64,000 nucleotides of DNA from Bacteriovoracia bacterium (lineage in GTDB: Bacteria; Bdellovibrionota; UBA1018; CAIPTA01): positions 1,728,001 to 1,792,000 of the forward strand of contig JBFWVL010000001.1 of the NCBI GenBank assembly GCA_050246755.1. Reading direction: 5' to 3'. The notes below the pieces were generated by a model, which had not been told where the DNA came from, made no database searches, and worked only from the letters and a program-made list of their open reading frames with translations. The position numbers were made by a program, and so were the translations under genes. Below, piece by piece: positions 17,577 through 26,191 of this stretch (its first letter is position 1; each line of letters starts with the position of its first letter).

Positions 17577-18665
17577 ATGCCGAAGATGGGAAAAATCTGG
17601 CTGGTTCTGTTCTACGCTCTCACTCAGTCCGTAGTTGCCCACGGAGGCGCGAACAACCCACCGCCGATTTCTCGTCCTCGCCCAGCGGCCCCCGAAGCCG
17701 GCACCGATCCTTACCTTAGTAAGCAATGGCACCTCGATCGCATCGGCGCCAAAGAAGTTTGGAAGATCTCCATGGGAGATCCTTCCACTACGATCGCGAT
17801 CGTGGATAGCGGCGTGAACTACAATAATCCCGATATCGCGCCCAACCTTCACTTCAATCCGAACGAAATCGCCGATAATAAATTCGACGATGACCACAAC
17901 GGCTTCGTGGACGATATTCTCGGCTGGGATTTCGTGCGCAATTCGGGGCTTCCCTTCGATCGCTCTGGGCACGGCACTTTTATGGCCGGCATCATCGCCG
18001 CCGTGGCCGACAATGGGGTGGGCGGGGCGGGGGTTTGCCCGAAGTGCTCCATCATTCCGGTGCGCTTTTTGAACTATGATGGCCTCGGAGACACCGAGGA
18101 CGGCATCAAGGGCATCTATTACGCGATTAAGGCGAATGCCCGAATCATCAATATGTCGTTTGCGGGCGAAGGTAAGGACGACGATCTCGAAAAGGCCATT
18201 CAGGTGGCCGGTGAGCACGATATCCTGATGGTGGTTTCGGCGGGGAACGATCACGAAAATATCGATTTCGCCGCCACCTATCCCGCGCGTTACGATTTGC
18301 CGAATATGATCACCGTAGCGGCCAGCAGCAAAGAAAGCGATTTGAATTATCGCTCGAACTGGGGCCAGCGCCACGTGCATCTTGCCGCTCCTGGCGACGA
18401 TATCTGGAGCGCTTGGTTCGATAAGTGGGATTACGGGGATGGAACTTCAGATGCCGCCGCCGTGGTAAGCGGTGCCGCCGGATTGGTGCGCAGCATTGCG
18501 CCCAGCCTCACGGCTCCTCAGGTGAAAGCCATTCTTATGGCCACGGTTCGCCCTTCGGCCGCCCTGGCTCGTAAAACGATTAGCGGGGGTGTGCTCGATG
18601 TGGAAGCCGCCGTTAATTGTGCTCGTCAGCGGGCGTTGCCTTGCCTTCGGAAGGGCGGAAAGTAA
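17577..18665 (+). CDS. Secreted subtilisin-like (S8) serine peptidase
   Basis: Triad motifs IVDSG, HGTFMAG, GTSDAA; oxyanion SAGN; signal peptide. Confidence 0.9.
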   Translation: MPKMGKIWLVLFYALTQSVVAHGGANNPPPISRPRPAAPEAGTDPYLSKQWHLDRIGAKEVWKISMGDPSTTIAIVDSGVNYNNPDIAPNLHFNPNEIADNKFDDDHNGFVDDILGWDFVRNSGLPFDRSGHGTFMAGIIAAVADNGVGGAGVCPKCSIIPVRFLNYDGLGDTEDGIKGIYYAIKANARIINMSFAGEGKDDDLEKAIQVAGEHDILMVVSAGNDHENIDFAATYPARYDLPNMITVAASSKESDLNYRSNWGQRHVHLAAPGDDIWSAWFDKWDYGDGTSDAAAVVSGAAGLVRSIAPSLTAPQVKAILMATVRPSAALARKTISGGVLDVEAAVNCARQRALPCLRKGGK

Positions 18666-21507
18666 ATCCGCCGATTTCGCTCTTCTCTTTTTCCGCGGCG
18701 GGCAGGAATGAATCCGGCCGCATCAGAGGCAGTCTGGCGGCCTCTTCTTTTTGCTTCGCCGTCAGCCTTTTTTCTTTTCTGGCTTTGCGCTTCGCTACTT
18801 TGTCGAGGGACTCGTCTTGGCCGTCCGATTTGGCGAATTTCTTTTTGAGTTTTACCGTAATGGTAGGCGCCCGCGCCGCGTTTCTTTCTTCGATTTTCGC
18901 GCCCTTCGCCATCTGCTGCTGAATCGCCTGTACTTGCAAGGGGCGGAATTCGTCGGGACTTAGGCCCAGCGACTCTAGGAAGGCATCACTGTCGGCGAAG
19001 AATTGCTTGGGATTCTCCCGCCACGTTTTGAGCATATTAGGCGCGTTATCTTCGAGGGAAAGCACTACCTTTTCCCCATTCAGTCCCCGATTGGCCAGCG
19101 CGCGGAAAAATTTGATCTGCAACGCTTGAAGGTGTTCGTCGGTCATGGCGTCGCTCATGCGGAACTCTACGCGGTCGCTGCCGCCCTTGGAGAAAGAAGG
19201 GAACCAGTCGTCGATACCGGCTTTTTTGATATCGATGGTTTTCTTGTAGGCCTCGGGCACCACATCGTTCATCAGGCCGGTGGTATTCATCTGAATATAG
19301 GCCGGTTTGCGGGTAACGAAGGGATTGAAGTACTGCTTGTTGTAGAAGAGGTACTGGAGGTCGCCCCAGTCTCCTTTGAAATCGTTGATGCTATTCACGA
19401 ACTCTTTGCCATAGGGAACGGGGATGGCCACGCGCTCGCGGAAGGGATGCTGGAAGAGAGCCTGGATTAAGGTGCGGTTCTTCTCGAATACGCGCGTGAA
19501 GTTGGCCATGCGGCTAGCGGCCTCTTCCGAACTAAGCTGCTGGAGCTGTTCGAGGCCCATATTGAAATGGGCGCCGCCGGCGGAGCGCTTGGGGTAATTG
19601 CCTTCTTTGCGCATGGCCCGGTAGAGCGCAGCGAGCTCGGTCATGTCTTGCGGTTGTATCTTCGGCGTAGGGGCCTCGATATGCCCGCCGTGAGGATTGA
19701 TCGCTTTTCCCTTGGCGTCGTAGGAACGCTGCACGCCATCCCACTCCACGCGCCAGTCCCGGCCCTGCTTGTCGGTCACGAGGTAGCGAACCGAGAGGCC
19801 GTGCCCATGGCCGCCGTCCTCTACCTTAGTTACCTTAACGGCGTCGATTTCTTTGGCGAAAGATTCCGCCGCACGCCGGATGCGCATCTCGGCTTCTTTT
19901 TTGTTCTTCGGGCTGAAAGCGAAGCGGTGGGAGGTTTCAATCCCGATGGGGGTTTGATTCACGTCGATCGGGCCGTCGCTCTTCACGGTAATTTCCGGAA
20001 GCTTCGTGGGCTGAGGCATGAGGTAGTGCTCGAGATCCACGTCGAGGCGCAGGCGGCGCGCGAAAAGGTAATTGATGCGCTCTAGCTCGCTTCTTACTTC
20101 CTCCCGAAGCGCGGCGAGCTCGTCGCCCTTAAGCTTGGGCGCCTTTTTCACGTATTGCTCGGCGAGCTCGAGATATCGTTTAGCGAAACGCTTCTGGGCG
20201 CGCTTGAGCACGTCTTTCTTATAGTCGATATCCAGGCGGTTTTCCCAGGGAAGCATCGGGGCCAGCACGCGGTTGCGGAAATGGTTATAGGCCCGCTTCG
20301 AATCTTTGTATTCGAGGTTGGGGAACATCGCTTCGAATTTCTCCAGCGTGCCGATTTCCTTTTCTTTCAGCCAAGGGGAGAAAAGCTTTTCGCTTGGCGA
20401 GGAGGCATTGAAGTCGTAGGAGCGGAAATCCTTCATGCCGGAGTAATCGCCGGAAGAAAGGCGGGCTTCCATCACGTCGGCGATGAAGTCCCGTTTGGAG
20501 CCGGTATTACCGGAGCGCTGTTCGAAATCGGTGAGGCGGCTCCAGCCGTCGGTCTCGGAGCCCTCACGCGGCTTGAAGGCACGGGCGCCCATGGTGCGGT
20601 ACTTCTGGTTGAATTTTTCGGGCTTGCCCTCCACGAAGGCTTCCGCGAGGCGATCGAGCATGTCGCGCTCGTATACGCCGAGGTAAGGGTGGAATAAGAG
20701 GCTCTTCACCTCGTCCGGATTTCGCTTGATCTGGCGCCAGTAGAGGAACCAGCTGGTGGCATCGAGATTTTCCAGGTATTGCCCCACCATTTTTTCACGC
20801 GTGGCTTTGTCTTTCGACCAGCCGTGGAAGAAATGCTGGTGGCCCACTTTCGCTTCGAGGCCGGTTTCCACCGTCTGGCGGTCTTTGAGGTATTTTACGC
20901 GGTCGGCTTCGGAGCCCACGGAACGCACTTCGTAGGATCCGAGGTCGTCGCCCACGGTAAGGAATTTCGGCGTGATCCCGGAGCTGCGCACGTCGTCGAA
21001 GTTCAGCACGTTATCGTAGAATAAATTCTCGCGGCCCTGCACGTTGATGAGAGAGAAGGGATTTTCGGCGCTGGTGAAGAACTTCACCTGGTCTTCGCGG
21101 GAAAGCTTTGCCCATTCTTCGGGTTTCACCGTCACGCCTTCGGGCACGTACTTGGTGGGATACTCGTCGAGGAAGTTGAAAAGGAAGCTTTTCTTGCCGA
21201 AGGCTTTCTCTTTTTCCAGGCGGTCGTTCATGCGCTTGGCGAAGATCGTCTTGTCCACGGAATCGAACCACTGGGCGATATCGCTGTAGAGCAAGCCCTC
21301 TTTCTCGAAGGCGCGGGCGATGGGAAGATTACTGTCGAAAGATTTTACGATCTGCTTGTCCGCGGTGAGGGTGGTGGCGCGGAGATTGAAAAACGCGTCG
21401 TAGCAGCGAAATGGATCCGCGCCATAGGCGGAAAGCGCCAGCACCGAGTAAACGGCGGCAAAAAGCGCGGTGGTCTTAAGAGAGCGGAGGGAAAGCCAGA
21501 ATCGCAT
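18613..21507 (-). CDS. Large secreted protein with amidoligase-like (COOH-NH2 ligase fold) domain(s)
   Basis: Signal peptide; C-terminal half has IGIETS, WRVEWDG, HIEAPTP, AGGAHFNMG and RVEFRM in amidoligase motif order; the N-terminal half has a similar but weaker series. Confidence 0.6.
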   Translation of the reverse strand: MRFWLSLRSLKTTALFAAVYSVLALSAYGADPFRCYDAFFNLRATTLTADKQIVKSFDSNLPIARAFEKEGLLYSDIAQWFDSVDKTIFAKRMNDRLEKEKAFGKKSFLFNFLDEYPTKYVPEGVTVKPEEWAKLSREDQVKFFTSAENPFSLINVQGRENLFYDNVLNFDDVRSSGITPKFLTVGDDLGSYEVRSVGSEADRVKYLKDRQTVETGLEAKVGHQHFFHGWSKDKATREKMVGQYLENLDATSWFLYWRQIKRNPDEVKSLLFHPYLGVYERDMLDRLAEAFVEGKPEKFNQKYRTMGARAFKPREGSETDGWSRLTDFEQRSGNTGSKRDFIADVMEARLSSGDYSGMKDFRSYDFNASSPSEKLFSPWLKEKEIGTLEKFEAMFPNLEYKDSKRAYNHFRNRVLAPMLPWENRLDIDYKKDVLKRAQKRFAKRYLELAEQYVKKAPKLKGDELAALREEVRSELERINYLFARRLRLDVDLEHYLMPQPTKLPEITVKSDGPIDVNQTPIGIETSHRFAFSPKNKKEAEMRIRRAAESFAKEIDAVKVTKVEDGGHGHGLSVRYLVTDKQGRDWRVEWDGVQRSYDAKGKAINPHGGHIEAPTPKIQPQDMTELAALYRAMRKEGNYPKRSAGGAHFNMGLEQLQQLSSEEAASRMANFTRVFEKNRTLIQALFQHPFRERVAIPVPYGKEFVNSINDFKGDWGDLQYLFYNKQYFNPFVTRKPAYIQMNTTGLMNDVVPEAYKKTIDIKKAGIDDWFPSFSKGGSDRVEFRMSDAMTDEHLQALQIKFFRALANRGLNGEKVVLSLEDNAPNMLKTWRENPKQFFADSDAFLESLGLSPDEFRPLQVQAIQQQMAKGAKIEERNAARAPTITVKLKKKFAKSDGQDESLDKVAKRKARKEKRLTAKQKEEAARLPLMRPDSFLPAAEKEKSEIGGFTFRPSEGKATPADEHN

Positions 21508-21513
21508 AACGAC

Positions 21514-21540
21514 GTATCGTCGGCGAAAGGCGAATCTTTA
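21514..21540 (-). promoter_or_regulatory. Sigma-28-type promoter, leaderless
   Basis: TAAA-N15-GACGATAC ending 6 nt before ATG 21507. Confidence 0.6.
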
Positions 21541-21572
21541 GTGATTTAGGGCGGTTTGCGAAGGGTTAGGGT

Positions 21573-23246
21573 TTATCGCAATACCTTCAAGAAGGAATAC
21601 ACGGCGGCGGCTAGGAGAGAGAGGCCAAGTACGCGGAAACTCATGGACCCCATATGTAGAGAAACAAAAAAACAGGTGGCGCCCACCGTGAGGCTGCCCA
21701 CGAATACCAAAGCGGTAGCGAGTAAGCGGAAGTTTTTTTCGCTTTGGGCGCGCTCGAGTTCCGCGTCGCTATTCTTAACCTCGATGGCGTAGCCGTTCGC
21801 CGCGAGCCGTTTAAAGAACCAGTGGAGCTGCCGCGGCAGCATCTTTACCACCTGCTGCACGTCGCGGGAACCGAGCAGCATGCCCTTAGAGACTTGGTCC
21901 CAGTCGTAGTTGGGCTTTAGGAGCGGCGCCACGTAGCTCTCGAGGAGGGGCATGGGATTGAAATTTGGATCGAGTTTTTGGCAGGTTCCCTCGAGCGTAT
22001 AGAGTGCCTTGAAAATCAGCATCCATTCGCGGGGGATGCGGATCTGGTGCCGGGCCGCTACGGAAGTGGCGTCGATCAGAACCTTGCCCACGTTCAAGGT
22101 GGAAAGCGGCAATCCGAGGTAAGGGGCCACGGCGGCGTGGATGCTGCGCTGGAAAGAATCGAAGTCGGTTTTCCCGCGGCTAGCGCCGAGCTCGGCGAAC
22201 TCGAGGCAGAGGGTTTCAAAGTCTTCTTCGGAAAGTGCCACAAAAATACGCAGCAGGGATTCTCGGGCGCGAGGCGTAAGGTAGCCCATGATGCCGAAAT
22301 CGATCATACCCACGCGGTTTCCGTGATCGCCGCCCGCGGGCAGGGCAAAAAGATTGCCGGTGTGAAGATCGCCGTGGAAGAACCCGTCTTCCAGCGCGGT
22401 CTTTAGAAAAGCGCGCCCGGTGATCTCGGCCAGGGATTTACGGTCGAAGCCCCCGGCGTTGAGCGCGGGGATATCATCGAGCTTTACCCCATCCAACTTT
22501 TCGATCACGAGCACTTTGTGGCTGCAAAGCTGGAGGTGCACCTCGGGCACGTAAACATCGGGCATTTCTTTCAGGTTGGCGCGGGACTTTAAAATATTAT
22601 TCGCCTCGAGAATAAAATCGAGCTCGAGGCTCATAGCCTGAAAGAATTCCTCCACGCAAACCTGGGGGGCCATTACTTTGGTTTCGGGAAAGTATTTCTC
22701 TAGGGCGGCAGCTAGGCCGGAGAGAACCGAAACGTCGGCCTTGATCAAGGTATCGATGCCGGGGCGCTGCACTTTCACGACCACGCGCTCGCCGGTATTA
22801 AGCACCGCGGAGTGCACTTGGCCGATTGAGGCCGAGGCCAGCGGGGTTTCATCGAAGGAAGAAAAGAACTCGTCGAGGCCGGAGTTGAGTTCACGTTCCA
22901 CGGAATTTTTGATCACGGCGAAGGGAAGGGGGCTCACTTGGTCTTGGAGCTTGCTGAGCTCACGCACGTATTCTTCCGGCAAAAGATCGGAGCGGGAGGA
23001 GAGCAGCTGGCCTAGTTTAATGAAGGAGGGACCGAGCTCCTCGAAGGCCATGCGTAGGCGTTCAGGCGCGGAGAACTTAATTTCGGCTTCCGATTTTTGG
23101 TATTTTTCGGGGATGAAGCGGCTAAATCCCAGCTTTCCCATCAGCTCTTGGAAGCCGTACTTGGCGAACACGCTCGAAATCTGCTTAATCCGCCCAATAT
23201 TTTTAAACGTTCTGGAAACCTGCCTGGGCGCCGACAGAATGCTCAC
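21573..23246 (-). CDS. ABC1/AarF/UbiB family atypical kinase
   Basis: LGPSFIKLGQLLS, ASASIGQVH, VVVKVQRP, FFHGDLHTGN, IDFG; C-terminal TMs. Confidence 0.93.
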   Translation of the reverse strand: MSILSAPRQVSRTFKNIGRIKQISSVFAKYGFQELMGKLGFSRFIPEKYQKSEAEIKFSAPERLRMAFEELGPSFIKLGQLLSSRSDLLPEEYVRELSKLQDQVSPLPFAVIKNSVERELNSGLDEFFSSFDETPLASASIGQVHSAVLNTGERVVVKVQRPGIDTLIKADVSVLSGLAAALEKYFPETKVMAPQVCVEEFFQAMSLELDFILEANNILKSRANLKEMPDVYVPEVHLQLCSHKVLVIEKLDGVKLDDIPALNAGGFDRKSLAEITGRAFLKTALEDGFFHGDLHTGNLFALPAGGDHGNRVGMIDFGIMGYLTPRARESLLRIFVALSEEDFETLCLEFAELGASRGKTDFDSFQRSIHAAVAPYLGLPLSTLNVGKVLIDATSVAARHQIRIPREWMLIFKALYTLEGTCQKLDPNFNPMPLLESYVAPLLKPNYDWDQVSKGMLLGSRDVQQVVKMLPRQLHWFFKRLAANGYAIEVKNSDAELERAQSEKNFRLLATALVFVGSLTVGATCFFVSLHMGSMSFRVLGLSLLAAAVYSFLKVLR

Positions 23247-25861
23247 TCAAAATCCTCGGGCGTCCAAAAATCCCGGTTGGCCGCCGGGGGAATGTTTTTC
23301 TTGGGACTTTCCGCGACGGGAGTGCTGGAGGCAGTAATGGCCGGCTTATTTTTCTTCGCCTTGCCTTGCAGAGGCTCGAGCTCGATTTGCAGGAGGTGAG
23401 GATTGGTGCGCACGATCTGCACGTCGATCTTATTGCCCACCTGAATCACCAGGCCGGAACGCTTGCCGCGCAGATGGAAGAGTTTCTCGTTGAAGGTAAA
23501 GTCCGCACCGAGCCGCTCGATGGGCACGAAGCCCTCCACGAACACATCGGTGAGCTCCACGAAGGCACCCTTGGCGTTGATGCCAACCACGGTGCCCGTA
23601 TGCTCTTCACCGAGGTGGCGCTCGGCGTAGCGCACTTGCTTGATGCGGATGAGCTCGCGCTCGGCGTCGGTGGCCACGCGTTCCTGCTTGGAGCAGTGGG
23701 CGGCGGCTTCTTCAAGATCTTTCGCCACGGAGCCCTTCGCCATCGATGCTTCTTTTTTGCTCTTGTGGATGAAGGCCTTCAGCAGGCGATGCACCATGAG
23801 ATCAGGGTAGCGGCGGATCGGGCTCGTGAAGTGGGAATAGGCCTGTGACGCCAAGCCGAAGTGCTTGAGATTCGTGGTGGTATAGTAAGCCTGCTTCATG
23901 CTCCGAAGCATGAGGAAGTTCAGTACGCGGGAAGCAGGGTTTTCTTCGATCGCGCGCAGGATCTTCTGGTAGGTGATCGGATTAATGTCATCGATCCACT
24001 TCTCGTTGATGCGTACCTGAAGGGTGCGGGCCACGTCCATGAACCGCTTCACGGCATCTTCTTCGGGCATTTCGTGCACGCGGAAGATGAACTGCATTTT
24101 ATGCTCTTCCATGATCTCGGAAACGGTTTCGTTGGCCACGATCATGAACTCTTCGATGAGGCGGTGGCTATCGAGGCGCTCAGTACGGATGATCGTGTCC
24201 ACTTCGCCGGTCTCTTTGTTCACCTTCACTTTGGCTTCGGGTAAATTAAGATCGATGGAGCCGCGCTGGATCCGCAGATGGTGCAGCTTTTTATAGAGAT
24301 CGAACAGGAGCGCGAGGCTTTCGCGCACGCGCGGATTATATTCGTGGCCGTTTTCCGGCCGGTCGAAGAACTGCTGCAAGGTTTCGTACACGCAGCGGTG
24401 CTGGGAGCGAAACACGGCTTCCAGCACCCGGTGCTTCACTTTGCGGCCGGTGAGATCGAAGTCGATTTCGGCCACCATGGCGAGCCGGTCTTCGTTCGGG
24501 TTCAGCGAGCAAATTCCGTTCGAGAGGCGCTCGGGAAGCATGGGCAGCACGCGGTGAGGAAAATAAATCGAGGTGGCGCGCTCGTAGGCTTCCTTATCCA
24601 AAGCGGTTCCGGGGCGCACGTAGTGGGCCACGTCGGCGATCGCCACCCAGAGGCGAACTTGGCCGTTTGGCAGTTTTCTGGCGCAAACTGCGTCGTCGAA
24701 ATCGCGGGCATCGGCGCCGTCGATCGTCACGAAGGGGAGGTCGCGCAGGTCTTCGCGGTCCTTGATGTCGCTCTTTAAGATCTCGGAAGGGATGGCCTTG
24801 GCCTCGGCGATCACCTCGTCGGGGAAGGTTTCGCGGAGCTTATGCTTCACAATGATATAGGGGTCATCAGTGGTGCTATTGAGGGAATCGGCCAACACGT
24901 TGAGGATGCGGCCTTCGATTTGGCCGCCGCCCTGGGGCATCTTCGTCACTTCCACCACGATGGCCGAGCCGTCCACCACGTCTTTATAGGTGGGGTCGCG
25001 CTCGAGCACGATCTGGAGCTGCATCTCTTTGGTGTCGATCTCGGCCATGGGCGGAGCGTAGGCGGTGCCCTTGATATAGCGGGCCACGGCTTTTTGCAGG
25101 CCGCGCTCCACCACTCGGTATAACCGCCCGCTGTAGCCCTTTTCGGCGCGGGTATTATCGAGCACGATTTCCACGATATCGCCGGTAAGCAAGTCTTCGG
25201 CTTCTTCCGGATTAAGAAACACGTCTTCCTTGAGGAAGGGGGGGGGATCGATGGGAGCCACGAACGCGAATCCGCGGCTGTTCTTCATCACCTTGCCGGT
25301 AACTAAATTTTTCGGGGGCGGGCGTTTGCCGGTCTGGCGCGAATCCCCGCGTTGATTTCCTTCTGAATTCTGCCGCTCGCGGAAATTGCTGGGGCGTCCT
25401 TCGCGGCCACGCTCTTCGTTTCTCTCTTCGCCCCCGCTTCGCTGGCTATTGCGGTTATGCTCGCCGCGGGCATCGCGCGCGCGCTGATTTCCTTTGTCGC
25501 TGCCGCGGCGGGCGGTGAGCCGGCCGGGAGTTCCGCTGGCGAGCCGGGGTTGGGCGAGTTCTTCACGAAGCTCGCGGTTATCTTGGCGGCCGCCCGGGCG
25601 CTGCTGATCGTGGCCGCGAATTTGTTTGGCGCGATTCGTTTTCGGGGGGCGGATGCGGAAGAGCCCGCCGGATCCGCGTTCCACTTCCTTGATTTTCACT
25701 AAGTAGCGGAGCTCGGTGTCCACCGCGCGCTCGATTTTAGGATTGCTCAGTTCTTCTTTCGAGAAAATCGAACGAAGAAGAACGCGTAAAGTAATGGGGC
25801 CTTGCGCTTGGGAAAGGGCTTGGAGGATTTCGTTGCGGAAGCGGAGTTTCAGTTTCGCCAT
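23243..25861 (-). CDS. rnr: Ribonuclease R
   Basis: Cold-shock domains, RNB motif TIDGADARDFDDA, HFTSPIRRYPDL, C-terminal S1 domain; R/G/E-rich N-terminal insert. Confidence 0.93.
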   Translation of the reverse strand: MAKLKLRFRNEILQALSQAQGPITLRVLLRSIFSKEELSNPKIERAVDTELRYLVKIKEVERGSGGLFRIRPPKTNRAKQIRGHDQQRPGGRQDNRELREELAQPRLASGTPGRLTARRGSDKGNQRARDARGEHNRNSQRSGGEERNEERGREGRPSNFRERQNSEGNQRGDSRQTGKRPPPKNLVTGKVMKNSRGFAFVAPIDPPPFLKEDVFLNPEEAEDLLTGDIVEIVLDNTRAEKGYSGRLYRVVERGLQKAVARYIKGTAYAPPMAEIDTKEMQLQIVLERDPTYKDVVDGSAIVVEVTKMPQGGGQIEGRILNVLADSLNSTTDDPYIIVKHKLRETFPDEVIAEAKAIPSEILKSDIKDREDLRDLPFVTIDGADARDFDDAVCARKLPNGQVRLWVAIADVAHYVRPGTALDKEAYERATSIYFPHRVLPMLPERLSNGICSLNPNEDRLAMVAEIDFDLTGRKVKHRVLEAVFRSQHRCVYETLQQFFDRPENGHEYNPRVRESLALLFDLYKKLHHLRIQRGSIDLNLPEAKVKVNKETGEVDTIIRTERLDSHRLIEEFMIVANETVSEIMEEHKMQFIFRVHEMPEEDAVKRFMDVARTLQVRINEKWIDDINPITYQKILRAIEENPASRVLNFLMLRSMKQAYYTTTNLKHFGLASQAYSHFTSPIRRYPDLMVHRLLKAFIHKSKKEASMAKGSVAKDLEEAAAHCSKQERVATDAERELIRIKQVRYAERHLGEEHTGTVVGINAKGAFVELTDVFVEGFVPIERLGADFTFNEKLFHLRGKRSGLVIQVGNKIDVQIVRTNPHLLQIELEPLQGKAKKNKPAITASSTPVAESPKKNIPPAANRDFWTPEDFE

Positions 25862-26191
25862 TCTAGTCTATGGGTCTCAAAGGGGTCGGCAGTCGCGTTC
25901 TGAGAAGCGACATTTCATGCACGTTTGCATAGTACTCTCAGTTGGCGGGGAATTCTTGATAAACCCTTGTCAGGATTCCACACCCAATAAAATCTATGGT
26001 TTAAAGGTTACATTAAGGAAATAACGCAATGCGCGAATATTAATTACATAGTTATGATGCAGATGCTTTTGTCAAAAGTTCAAGAATTATCTGGCACTCC
26101 ATTTGGTTCTTGTTAGCATTATTTTACTAATTCGTTAGGGCCAACGTTCAGGGATTTGAAAGTCGGCGTGAATCTACATGGAGGAATTTGT

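Noticed and set aside
26092-26107. Sigma-54 promoter TGGCAC-N5-TTGGT before the S8-CUB protease
   Set aside because: The -12 element has GG instead of the near-invariant GC; too uncertain to call.
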